Shown piece by piece: positions 47,033 to 54,673 of a stretch of DNA of 64,000 bases. The position numbers and the translations under genes are program-made. The notes beneath the pieces were generated by a model, which did not search any database, was not told the DNA's origin, and saw nothing but the letters and a program-made list of their open reading frames with translations. This stretch comes from Candidatus Bathyarchaeia archaeon. GTDB taxonomy: Bacteria > Patescibacteriota > Microgenomatia > PFEM01 > JAFGMK01. Position 1 is the stretch's first letter. Each line of letters starts with the position of its first letter. Location of the stretch: assembly GCA_035529595.1 (NCBI GenBank), contig DATKWK010000035.1:177067-241066 (forward strand), written 5' to 3'.

Positions 47033-48150
47033 GACACCCGCCAAATGACGCGGGTATACATCAGGTAGTTATAGGGAAGGACAAAAAAACCGATGGCGGC
47101 CACTAAGTAAAATTGTCTCCACTGCTCGCCAAAAAAATATGCCAAACCGCCGACAACCGCCCCCTGAATCAGCACTGCGCCGAGAGAAGTAAAATTGAAC
47201 TGCAGAAATTTAGCCACGAGTTTCCCCGGACCGGAAATTTTTTCTTTGGAAAACGTCCACAGATTATTAAGCGTGAAATTGGAAATGATCGCCAATTCCG
47301 CCCCGAAAGCGGCGGCGATTCCGGGACTTAATCCCAAGCGGTAAAATAATTCCAAGCCGGAAGCATTAACCAAATAGCCGATAAAACCGACGACGCCAAA
47401 CTTGACGAACCGCTGGGAACGCTCGATTCTGATTTTGGTGGCCTGCTTAATATATTCTAAGATATCTTTGATAAATTGCAGATTAAAGCCTACCTTGGCC
47501 TGACCAGCCCGCCGGTCTTTATAGATTGCCGGAATTTCACAAAATTTAGCGCCGGCCTTGCTAAGTTCATAAATCATCGTCATCTGAATCACAAAACCTT
47601 TAACATTGAGCTTTTTTAAATCAACTTGGTCAAGGATCTTTTTCACTCTGATGGCTTTCATATTGCCGTTATGATCTTTTACTTCATGGATACCGGCCCA
47701 ATAATAAGCCAACAAAGTATTGGAAACCCAGTGGGTTAGTTTTCGGAAAGGGGAAAAATTGTCGCGGCCGCCGGGGACATGGCGCGAAGGAACAGCCACA
47801 TCATAGCCTTTTTCAATTTTTGCCAGTAAATCGGGAATATAATCCGGATCCCATTGAAAATCAGCGTCATTAGGAATCACTACATCAGCTTTTAATGCCT
47901 TCATGGCGTACTGATAACCTTGAATCAGAGAGACACCCAGGCCGCGCGGCGCTTCCAGACAGAAAAGATCTTTTCTGTCTTTTGCCAGGTTTTTAACAAT
48001 CGCTGCCGTTCCGTCGGGTGAATGGCTATCAACCACCAGAGTGGAAAAATCGTACTGAGGCAGCTTTTTGGCAATTTTATCCAAAACCTCAATCATCAGT
48101 CCGACGTTATCTTTTTCGTTGTAAGTCGCCAGCAGATTAACAACTCTCAT
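47029..48150 (-). CDS. GT2 polyprenyl-phosphate mannose/glycose synthase with fused C-terminal GtrA-like membrane domain
   Basis: 373 aa; MRVVNLLATYNEKDNVGLMIEVLDKIAKKLPQYDFSTLVVDSHSPDGTAAIV...VIPNDADFQWDP...AVPSRH. C-terminal FVKFGVVGFIGYLVNASGLELFYRLGLSPGIAAAFGAELAIISNFTLNNLWTF is a GtrA-type 4-TM module. Confidence 0.7.
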   Translation of the reverse strand: MRVVNLLATYNEKDNVGLMIEVLDKIAKKLPQYDFSTLVVDSHSPDGTAAIVKNLAKDRKDLFCLEAPRGLGVSLIQGYQYAMKALKADVVIPNDADFQWDPDYIPDLLAKIEKGYDVAVPSRHVPGGRDNFSPFRKLTHWVSNTLLAYYWAGIHEVKDHNGNMKAIRVKKILDQVDLKKLNVKGFVIQMTMIYELSKAGAKFCEIPAIYKDRRAGQAKVGFNLQFIKDILEYIKQATKIRIERSQRFVKFGVVGFIGYLVNASGLELFYRLGLSPGIAAAFGAELAIISNFTLNNLWTFSKEKISGPGKLVAKFLQFNFTSLGAVLIQGAVVGGLAYFFGEQWRQFYLVAAIGFFVLPYNYLMYTRVIWRVS

Positions 48151-48195
48151 CTGTTTTTTCCGTTTTCTGTATTTCTCCTCTTAAGAATTTTTTCG

Positions 48196-48516
48196 TCAAA
48201 GCAGATATAGACCTGAACTTATCTGTAAAACTTCATCCGGAGAGAAGCTGCCAAACTCTTCGCCTAATTCGTCATAAGAATGATTATAATTCGCTATCGC
48301 ACCCTTTCGATTTACTAAAACCCGCTCTTCGTGATCATCTCTATCCTGTTTCCAGGCTAAGGCTCGGGCGGCAGAATACCACATCAATGAAAACATCATA
48401 TCTCTTCTTCGTACCGGATCCGGATTTCCTGTCTCCGAATCAATTAGTCTCCTTTTTAACTCTTCAATCTTAGCCTCAACCAACCGTTGTCGTTCTTGTT
48501 CTTGTTCTTCACTCAT
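48196..48516 (-). CDS. hypothetical protein (charged, coiled-coil-like N-terminus)
   Basis: 106 aa ORF, MSEEQEQERQRLVEAKIEELKRRLIDSET...; no recognisable motif. Sits between glycan-cluster genes with short spacers. Confidence 0.35.
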   Translation of the reverse strand: MSEEQEQERQRLVEAKIEELKRRLIDSETGNPDPVRRRDMMFSLMWYSAARALAWKQDRDDHEERVLVNRKGAIANYNHSYDELGEEFGSFSPDEVLQISSGLYLL

Positions 48517-48586
48517 CTTTCCTCTCTTTAATATTATAACTATAAATTTACCCGATGTCTGAATTAATGTCCAGTCCCGATATTCC

Positions 48587-49102
48587 TTATACTAACCCTG
48601 ATAGTTTTCTTACTCGCTTAATACAAAATTTAAGCCAGTAAGTATACTGATCGGGGTTTCTTCGGATATTTTCCTCCAAGTTCTTAAGACCGACCCACTG
48701 CCAGCCTTCCGCTTCATCAGGATCAGGAAGGGGATCACCATCATAATGGCCGATAAAAACGTGATCGTACTCATGCTCTGCCAGGCCATTATCAAAATCA
48801 ACCCGATAGCAGAATTGGAATACTTCCTTCAAAGGGCAGTCAAAACCCATTTCCTCTTTTAAACGCCGATGGGCCGCTTTGGGGGTAGTTTCTCCGGGCT
48901 GCGGATGGCTGCAGCAGGTATTGCTCCAGAGACCAGCGGAATGGTACTTGCTTTTGGCTCTTTTCTGAAGCATTAATTCTCCCCGATCATTAAAAATAAA
49001 AATTGAGAAAGCCCGGTGTAGTTTCCCCTGCCGATGGGCTTGAAGTTTTTCCTGATGACCGATTTCCCGATCATCTTTATCAACCAGAATTACCTTAGCC
49101 AT
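48587..49102 (-). CDS. idi: isopentenyl-diphosphate delta-isomerase, type 1 (Nudix)
   Basis: ORF 48587..49174; probable start ATG 49102 (MAKVILVDKDDREIGHQEKLQAH...). LHRAFSIFIFNDRGELMLQKRAKSKYHSAGLWSNTCCSHPQPGE is the IDI-1 signature (C/E active site, Nudix fold). Confidence 0.8.
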   Translation of the reverse strand: MAKVILVDKDDREIGHQEKLQAHRQGKLHRAFSIFIFNDRGELMLQKRAKSKYHSAGLWSNTCCSHPQPGETTPKAAHRRLKEEMGFDCPLKEVFQFCYRVDFDNGLAEHEYDHVFIGHYDGDPLPDPDEAEGWQWVGLKNLEENIRRNPDQYTYWLKFCIKRVRKLSGLV

Positions 49103-49106
49103 AGTG

Positions 49107-49511
49107 TTACTTTTCAACAGAAACACACTTATCAGAAACACATTTCGGCTTGGGAGCAAAAAAACACATATCAATCAATCCTGTGCATTTTGAATCATAT
49201 TTTTCCATTTTATTATAAAAATATTGTTTATCAACTGTCTTGTTAATGAAATGGTAACATCCGAACTCAATATATTTTCCACCTAAGAATATTTCTTTAC
49301 AATCAGAATCGACTTGGCAGTAATTGGCCTTATTCAATTCATTCTCTATCTGATAATATTGAATCATACAGGCAGGAGACCAAAATAATAACAAAGCTAG
49401 TAAATCAATTACCACACTAATGACAATTACTCCAATCACAGTAATCAATAGGAGTCTTAATAAATATGTTATTGGTGAAATCTTAGGTGTTCTATTTATG
49501 ACTTTCACCAT
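49107..49511 (-). CDS. small membrane-anchored Cys-rich protein (hypothetical)
   Basis: 134 aa; N-terminal TM helix (LLRLLLITVIGVIVISVVIDLLALLLFW) followed by an 8-Cys extracytoplasmic domain (CQVDSDCKEIF...CYHF...CTGLIDMCFF...CVSDKCV). Confidence 0.4.
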   Translation of the reverse strand: MVKVINRTPKISPITYLLRLLLITVIGVIVISVVIDLLALLLFWSPACMIQYYQIENELNKANYCQVDSDCKEIFLGGKYIEFGCYHFINKTVDKQYFYNKMEKYDSKCTGLIDMCFFAPKPKCVSDKCVSVEK

Positions 49512-49690
49512 ATTTTATGTTCTTTTATTATTTCCTATAGAACTAGTATTTATTGAATTATTAGCCGTCGACCCAGAATAAATTGACTTATTACCAATTA
49601 ATTTCTAAAATTGGCTCAATTCAAGTTTCAAGGCCATTTTATCATGTTGGTTGAGAAATTACGAAGCCTTAAAAACAACCTAAATCTATC

Positions 49691-49826
49691 ACGAGTTTCG
49701 CAGTTTCCTGTCATTCTGGAGCGTCAGCGATAGAATCTCCTTTTTTACTTTGAGATCCTATCGGGTCGAAGGCTCAACCCTCCAGGATGATAAATAGACT
49801 GGTTTATATTAAAGTGCGAAACTCGT
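49691..49826. repeat. 12-bp perfect inverted repeat (ACGAGTTTCGCA / TGCGAAACTCGT) enclosing ~110 nt with an internal nested hairpin (ATCCT-GGGT...ACCC-AGGAT)
   Basis: Seen directly: arms at 49691-49702 and 49815-49826 in the 374-nt non-coding gap 49512..49885 between divergent genes. Confidence 0.5.
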
Positions 49827-49885
49827 ATCTATATCTAAATAGCGATAGACTATTCAGCTAGAATTAAAGAACATTAGATCAGCTT

Positions 49886-50608
49886 ATGAAAATCGATATT
49901 TTAACCCTATTTCCAGCCATGTTTAAGGGCCCGTTTGAAGAAAGCATTATCAAACGCGCCCAAGATAAGGGTTTTGTGGAAATTAAGATCCATGATTTGA
50001 GGCAGTGGACCAAAGACCGCTATAAAACCGTCGACGACCGTCCTTACGGCGGCGGCACCGGCATGATCATGCGTGTCGATATTATCGAACGAGCAATATT
50101 AGATATCAAAAATAAAAAAACAAAAACACGAAGTAAAAATCAAAAAATAATCTTATTAACACCTCAAGGAAAAGTATTTAATCAACAAAGAGCCCAAGAA
50201 TTGTCAAAACTAGATCGTTTAATTTTAATTTGCGGCCATTACGAAGGCGTTGATGAACGAATCAGAAAATATTTAGTTGACGAGGAAATCTCTATCGGCG
50301 ACTACATCTTAACCGGCGGCGAGCTACCGGCGATGGTGCTTACCGACAGCATCGTCAGACTTCTGCCCGGAGTTCTTCATAAACCCGAAGCGGTTGAACT
50401 GGAGTCTTTTTCACACAATAAAAACAACCACTTGTCGCTCCTGCTCGAATATCCTCAATATACCCGGCCGGCTAATTTCCGGGGTTGGAAAGTGCCTCCA
50501 GTTTTACTCTCAGGCAATCACCAGAAAATCGAAAACTGGCGCCAGGAACAAGCCCTAAAAAGAACCCGGAAGCGACGGCCGGATCTGCTAAAATCGATAG
50601 CTCGATAA
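49886..50608 (+). CDS. trmD: tRNA (guanine37-N1)-methyltransferase
   Basis: 240 aa; [62 protein letters not shown]...[10 protein letters not shown]...[26 protein letters not shown], a full TrmD signature (SPOUT knot) with a Lys-rich insertion. Confidence 0.9.
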   Translation: MKIDILTLFPAMFKGPFEESIIKRAQDKGFVEIKIHDLRQWTKDRYKTVDDRPYGGGTGMIMRVDIIERAILDIKNKKTKTRSKNQKIILLTPQGKVFNQQRAQELSKLDRLILICGHYEGVDERIRKYLVDEEISIGDYILTGGELPAMVLTDSIVRLLPGVLHKPEAVELESFSHNKNNHLSLLLEYPQYTRPANFRGWKVPPVLLSGNHQKIENWRQEQALKRTRKRRPDLLKSIAR

Positions 50609-50648
50609 CTTAACCCACTAAATTAAAGTTCGCAAGGTATCAATAGCC

Positions 50649-51545
50649 TTACCAGCTGCCGCTGGCGCCGCCACCACCTGAGGAACCGCCGCCAAAACCG
50701 CCAAATCCCCCACCGCCACCGCCGCCGCTAAAAAAGCCTCCCCGGGAAGGCCACCAACTGGTCGACCGGCCGCTTGACTTTAACTTGTCGTAGTTGCGGG
50801 ACAAAAGCCAATCCAGAAGCAGGCCAAAAAGAAAAAAAGCTAAGGCTAAAATAATTACCCAAGCTAATATACCGATAATCCAACCAGCCGTTAACCCTAA
50901 AATTCCTCCAGTAATGCCGCCCGGCCAGATACGCCTGCTTCTCCCCCAAAAACTGGAAAAATAGACCAAAATAATAACGGCAATCACAATAATATTGATA
51001 TAACCGGCGGCCTTAGTTTGAATTTCCTCGGCCGCAGTCGGCGTTTCCCCCGAACGGACGTAACTTAGAAGCGAATCGACGCCACTGCTCACACCAGCCT
51101 CGTAATGGCCGTCTTTAAACTCAGGGATAATTTTTTCCCGGATAATCCGGCCCGCCCGGCCGTCGGTAACCACCCCTTCCAGACCATAACCGACTTCGAT
51201 CCTTACCTGCCGCTGATTGGGAGCAACTAAAAGCAGCAGGCCGTTATCTTTTTCCTTTTTGCCAATCCGCCATTCTTCAAAAAGCCGAACCGCCAAATCT
51301 TCAATCGTCGTTTCCTGAAGATCGCCAACGGTTACCACAGAAAATTCTACTGTTGTTTCTTTTTCAAAAGAAACCAGCTGATTTTCCAGAGAAGAAATAA
51401 ATTGAGTTGAAAAAATTCCCGCCCAGTCGTTGACAAATCCGGCTGGTTGAGGAAATTCAACTGCCAGCAAGGGAACTGTCCCGGCCAGGGAAAAAAGAAA
51501 AATAATACCGACCAACGATAATATTTTACGCCGCCAATTAGCCAT
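50649..51545 (-). CDS. TPM-domain (TLP18.3/Psb32/MOLO-1 family) membrane protein with Gly-rich C-terminal tail
   Basis: 298 aa; signal/TM, then FVNDWAGIFSTQFISSLENQL...FSVVTVGDLQETTIEDLAVRLFEEWRIGKKEKDNGLLLLVAPNQRQVRIEVGYGLEGVVTD (TPM phosphatase fold), TM helices, and a GGGGGGGFGGFGGGSSGGGGASGSW tail. Confidence 0.7.
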   Translation of the reverse strand: MANWRRKILSLVGIIFLFSLAGTVPLLAVEFPQPAGFVNDWAGIFSTQFISSLENQLVSFEKETTVEFSVVTVGDLQETTIEDLAVRLFEEWRIGKKEKDNGLLLLVAPNQRQVRIEVGYGLEGVVTDGRAGRIIREKIIPEFKDGHYEAGVSSGVDSLLSYVRSGETPTAAEEIQTKAAGYINIIVIAVIILVYFSSFWGRSRRIWPGGITGGILGLTAGWIIGILAWVIILALAFFLFGLLLDWLLSRNYDKLKSSGRSTSWWPSRGGFFSGGGGGGGFGGFGGGSSGGGGASGSW

Positions 51546-51615
51546 CTTATCTATTACCCAACTTGTAATAATCTAACCTTTGGATATTTTCCCAGCCTTT
51601 TGAGCGAATCCTAAG

Positions 51616-52176
51616 TTAAGGATTTATGTCTACCTCGGGTGCGTTTTCGGCGCCTTCGCTGGCTTCAAAGAATGACCGGCTTTGGAAGCCTAATATGCCC
51701 GCAATCAGATTAGCCGGAAATTTCTTAACGGTAACATTATAGTCTTTAACCAGATCGTTAAAGCGGCGCCTTTCGACGGCAATGCGATTCTCCGAACCGG
51801 CCAGCTCATCCATTAACTGGGTCACATTTTCGCTTGACCGAAGCTCCGGATAATTTTCCATGACCACCAGAAGTCTGCCTAAAGCCGATTCTACCTGAGT
51901 GGCCGCTTTCACCCGTTCCTCCACCGTGACCGCTCCCGAATATTTGGTCCGGGCTTCGGCAATCAGCGAAAAAACCGCTTGTTCCTGCTTCATGATGCCT
52001 TCAACCGATTTAACCAAGTTAGGAATCAGATCAAAACGGCGCTGATATTGGGTTTCTACTTGAGCCCATTGATTATCAACTCCCTGGGATTTGGCGATCA
52101 AATTGTTGTAGAAGCCAACCAAACTTAAGCCGGCAACCACTAAGATAGCCCCCAGGACTAGCGCTAATTTTTTCAT
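51616..52176 (-). CDS. LemA family protein
   Basis: ORF 51616..52194. The second ATG at 52176 (MKKLALVLG...) has Shine-Dalgarno AAGGGGGTG about 6 nt upstream. ...NNLIAKSQGVDNQWAQVETQYQRRFDLIPNLV...LLVVMENYPELRSSENVTQLMDELAGSENRIAVERRRFNDLVKDYN is the LemA pattern. Classic LemA-TPM gene pair. Confidence 0.75.
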   Translation of the reverse strand: MKKLALVLGAILVVAGLSLVGFYNNLIAKSQGVDNQWAQVETQYQRRFDLIPNLVKSVEGIMKQEQAVFSLIAEARTKYSGAVTVEERVKAATQVESALGRLLVVMENYPELRSSENVTQLMDELAGSENRIAVERRRFNDLVKDYNVTVKKFPANLIAGILGFQSRSFFEASEGAENAPEVDINP

Positions 52177-52279
52177 TTTTTCACCCCCTTTCATAACTCG
52201 TTACTTATTAATAGCTTTTAATAGACAGTCAGCCTTCTTCATTCTAACAAAACTTGTTTTGAAAAACTATAATTAAACC

Positions 52280-52924
52280 ATGGCCTTAAAATTTAAAAAA
52301 CTGGTCGTCGGCCAACTGGCAACTAATTGCTATCTTTTATGGGGCGAAAAAAAAGAAACATTAATAATCGACCCCGGGGATGCCAGTGATTTTATCAGCG
52401 AAACAATTCTGGCAAACGAACTTAAACCTAAAATAGTGGTGGCTACCCATGGTCATTTTGATCACGTATTAGCCGGCTTTGCCCTGCAACACACTTTCAA
52501 GATTCCGGTGGCCGCCAGCCGGAAAGATAATTTTATTCTCCAATATATGGCAAAAAGCGCGCAGTATTGGCTGAATTTGAAAAATGAACCGGTTGATCCG
52601 CCGCCGGAGATTGGCCGTTTGCTGGTTGCCGGCGATCAAATTCCGGCCGGGAAATATGTCTTCAGGATTCTGGAAACACCCGGCCATACACCAGGGAGCC
52701 TCTGTTTATATTGTCCGCAGGGAAACCTGGTGCTTACCGGCGACACCCTTTTTAGCGGCGGCTGGGGCCGGACCGACTTGCCGGGCGGCGACGAAAAACA
52801 GCTGAAAAAGTCCTTGAAATTACTGCTCGGCCTGCCGCCCCAAACCCAGGTATTACCGGGCCACGGCCCGGAAACAACTATCGGCAAAGAACAGGAATTT
52901 CTAAAACAACTGTTAATGCTATAA
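52280..52924 (+). CDS. MBL-fold metallo-hydrolase (glyoxalase II-like)
   Basis: 214 aa; LIIDPGDASDF...IVVATHGHFDHVLAG (HxHxDH), ...ETPGHTPGS..., ...LFSGGWGRTDLPGGD..LPGHGP. Confidence 0.7.
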   Translation: MALKFKKLVVGQLATNCYLLWGEKKETLIIDPGDASDFISETILANELKPKIVVATHGHFDHVLAGFALQHTFKIPVAASRKDNFILQYMAKSAQYWLNLKNEPVDPPPEIGRLLVAGDQIPAGKYVFRILETPGHTPGSLCLYCPQGNLVLTGDTLFSGGWGRTDLPGGDEKQLKKSLKLLLGLPPQTQVLPGHGPETTIGKEQEFLKQLLML

Positions 52925-52935
52925 TCAAACTGCTT

Positions 52936-54351
52936 ATGGATATTCAACTTAAAAAAATCGGTATTAACCAGTGGCAAATCGAAAAACAGCCGGGGATGAA
53001 AGCTGACGTGGTAATATTTGTCAAAGAGGAGATGCTGCCGCAAATAAAGACAGACCTGTCTCTTGTTCAGCTGATACAGTCGGCTTCTCTGCCGAGAGTC
53101 ATTTCGCCGGTAATCGGCATGCCGGATATTCATGAGGGATTCGGCTTGCCAATCGGCGGAGTAATGGCGACTGACAATCTGGTTTCTTCGGGGGCAGTCG
53201 GAATGGATATCAACTGTGGTGTACGCTTGATCGCCACTAATTTGACTTATGCCGCCGCCAGATTTAGCCGGAGCTTTCTACTTGACTTGGTTAGGGCAAT
53301 TGAAAAAGCAGTCCCGATTGGCCTGGGTGGAAAAAGAAGAGAAGGCTTGCCGAAGAATCTCACTTTTGAAGAAGTTGTCACCGGCGGCGTCCAAACCTTA
53401 GTCAAAAAGGGCTATGCCACCCCGGACGACCTGCAATCCTGTGAAGAATACGGCCAGATGCCCGGAGCCCGTATAGAGGCGCTTTCCTCCCAAGCGGTCA
53501 AACGAGCCTCCGCCCAGTTGGGAACTCTGGGATCGGGCAATCATTTTATCGAAATCCAGCGTCTGGATAAAATCTATGATCCAAAACTGGCTAAAGCTTT
53601 CGGTCTTTTTGAAAACCAAATCACAGTCATGGTTCACTGCGGTTCGCGGGCCCTTGGCCAGCAGACCTGCCTGGATTATACGGAAAAATTTGCCCGTGCC
53701 GCCGGCAAGTACGGCATCGAGTACCCGACACCCAATTTATCAGCTCTGCCGGCCGATTCACCCGAAGGCCAAGCATATTTGCAGGCGATGGCCGCTTGCG
53801 TTAATTTTGCTTTCGCCAACCGCCAATTCATTACCCACCAAATCCGCCGCATATTTGACGCCTCTTTCCGGAAAGATAACCTTAAACTGATGTTGGTCTA
53901 TGACGTTGCCCATAACATCGCCAAATGGGAAGAGCATCGGGGCAAAAAATTATTGATTCACCGCAAAGGCGCCACCCGGGCCCTGCCCGCAGGCCACCGG
54001 CAAAATCCCCAAAAATACGCTCAAACCGGCCACCCGGCGATTGTGCCGGGCAGCATGGGAACAGCGTCGTTTGTAATGGCCGGCTTGCCTTTAGCGGAAA
54101 AAACTTTCTACAGCGTTAACCACGGCGCCGGCCGGAGAATGAGCCGGCATGAAGCCCAGAGAACGATCAAAAAAGAAGAATTTGATCAAGTCATGAAAGA
54201 TATCGTTTACAATAAACCGTTCCGGGTGATCAGCGACGAAGCGCCTCAAGCCTACAAAGACATTAATTTGGTGACGGAGACTCTGGTGGAAGCCGGAATC
54301 GCCCAAAAAGTCGCCCGCATCAGACCGCTGGCGGTAATCAAGGGCGATTAG
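52936..54351 (+). CDS. rtcB: RNA-splicing ligase RtcB (3'-phosphate/5'-hydroxy RNA ligase)
   Basis: 471 aa; GMPDIHEGFGLPIGGVMATDN, GMDINCGVRLIATNL, GSGNHFIEIQ, VMVHCGSRALG, SVNHGAGRRMSRHEA are the hallmark RtcB metal/GTP-site blocks. Confidence 0.9.
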   Translation: MDIQLKKIGINQWQIEKQPGMKADVVIFVKEEMLPQIKTDLSLVQLIQSASLPRVISPVIGMPDIHEGFGLPIGGVMATDNLVSSGAVGMDINCGVRLIATNLTYAAARFSRSFLLDLVRAIEKAVPIGLGGKRREGLPKNLTFEEVVTGGVQTLVKKGYATPDDLQSCEEYGQMPGARIEALSSQAVKRASAQLGTLGSGNHFIEIQRLDKIYDPKLAKAFGLFENQITVMVHCGSRALGQQTCLDYTEKFARAAGKYGIEYPTPNLSALPADSPEGQAYLQAMAACVNFAFANRQFITHQIRRIFDASFRKDNLKLMLVYDVAHNIAKWEEHRGKKLLIHRKGATRALPAGHRQNPQKYAQTGHPAIVPGSMGTASFVMAGLPLAEKTFYSVNHGAGRRMSRHEAQRTIKKEEFDQVMKDIVYNKPFRVISDEAPQAYKDINLVTETLVEAGIAQKVARIRPLAVIKGD

Positions 54352-54372
54352 GGAACTAACCGCTAACTTAAT

Positions 54373-54648
54373 CTAAGTCCGCCACAGTAACGTCACCAGT
54401 AAAACGGCGGCAAAAGCTGCAATGGCCAGATACTCGGCCAAAACCTTCAGGTGAAAATCTTTATTGGCCAGATGATGGAGACTGCCCCAGAGAACGTAAA
54501 AACCGGCGATTAAGAGAACGATAATTGTTTGCAACCGGCGGTTATAACCGAAGTAAACAAAAGCCAATAGCCCAAAGGCCAAAAGCGTCACCAGGGCCAG
54601 GTAGTCCTTATAATCTTTCTTTAAGTCAAACATATTTCCCTCGCTCAA
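54373..54648 (-). CDS. small two-TM membrane protein (hypothetical)
   Basis: 91 aa ORF with two hydrophobic helices (LALVTLLAFGLLAFVYFGY / IIVLLIAGFYVLWGSLHHL); no motif. Confidence 0.35.
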   Translation of the reverse strand: MSEGNMFDLKKDYKDYLALVTLLAFGLLAFVYFGYNRRLQTIIVLLIAGFYVLWGSLHHLANKDFHLKVLAEYLAIAAFAAVLLVTLLWRT

Positions 54649-54673
54649 TTTTTGACACTTTTACCATTATTTT

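Noticed and set aside
49645-49734. 29-codon ORF (MLVEKLRSLKNNLNLSRVSQFPVILERQR) in the long trmD-upstream intergenic region.
   Set aside because: No Shine-Dalgarno sequence and no promoter spacing. It overlaps the left arm of the inverted repeat and is more likely part of a structured non-coding element.
52176-52279. Promoter call for the divergent LemA/MBL intergenic region (TTGTTT ... TATAAT).
   Set aside because: The spacing between the candidate -35 and -10 is only ~8 nt and the alternative -35 hexamers are poor, so no reliable promoter call is possible by eye.
52905-52935. TATAAT box directly upstream of rtcB (gctataatcaaactgcttATG), as a possible promoter.
   Set aside because: It overlaps the MBL gene stop codon region and has no convincing -35 at 16-19 nt. 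It is probably co-transcribed with the MBL gene, so it is not called as a feature.
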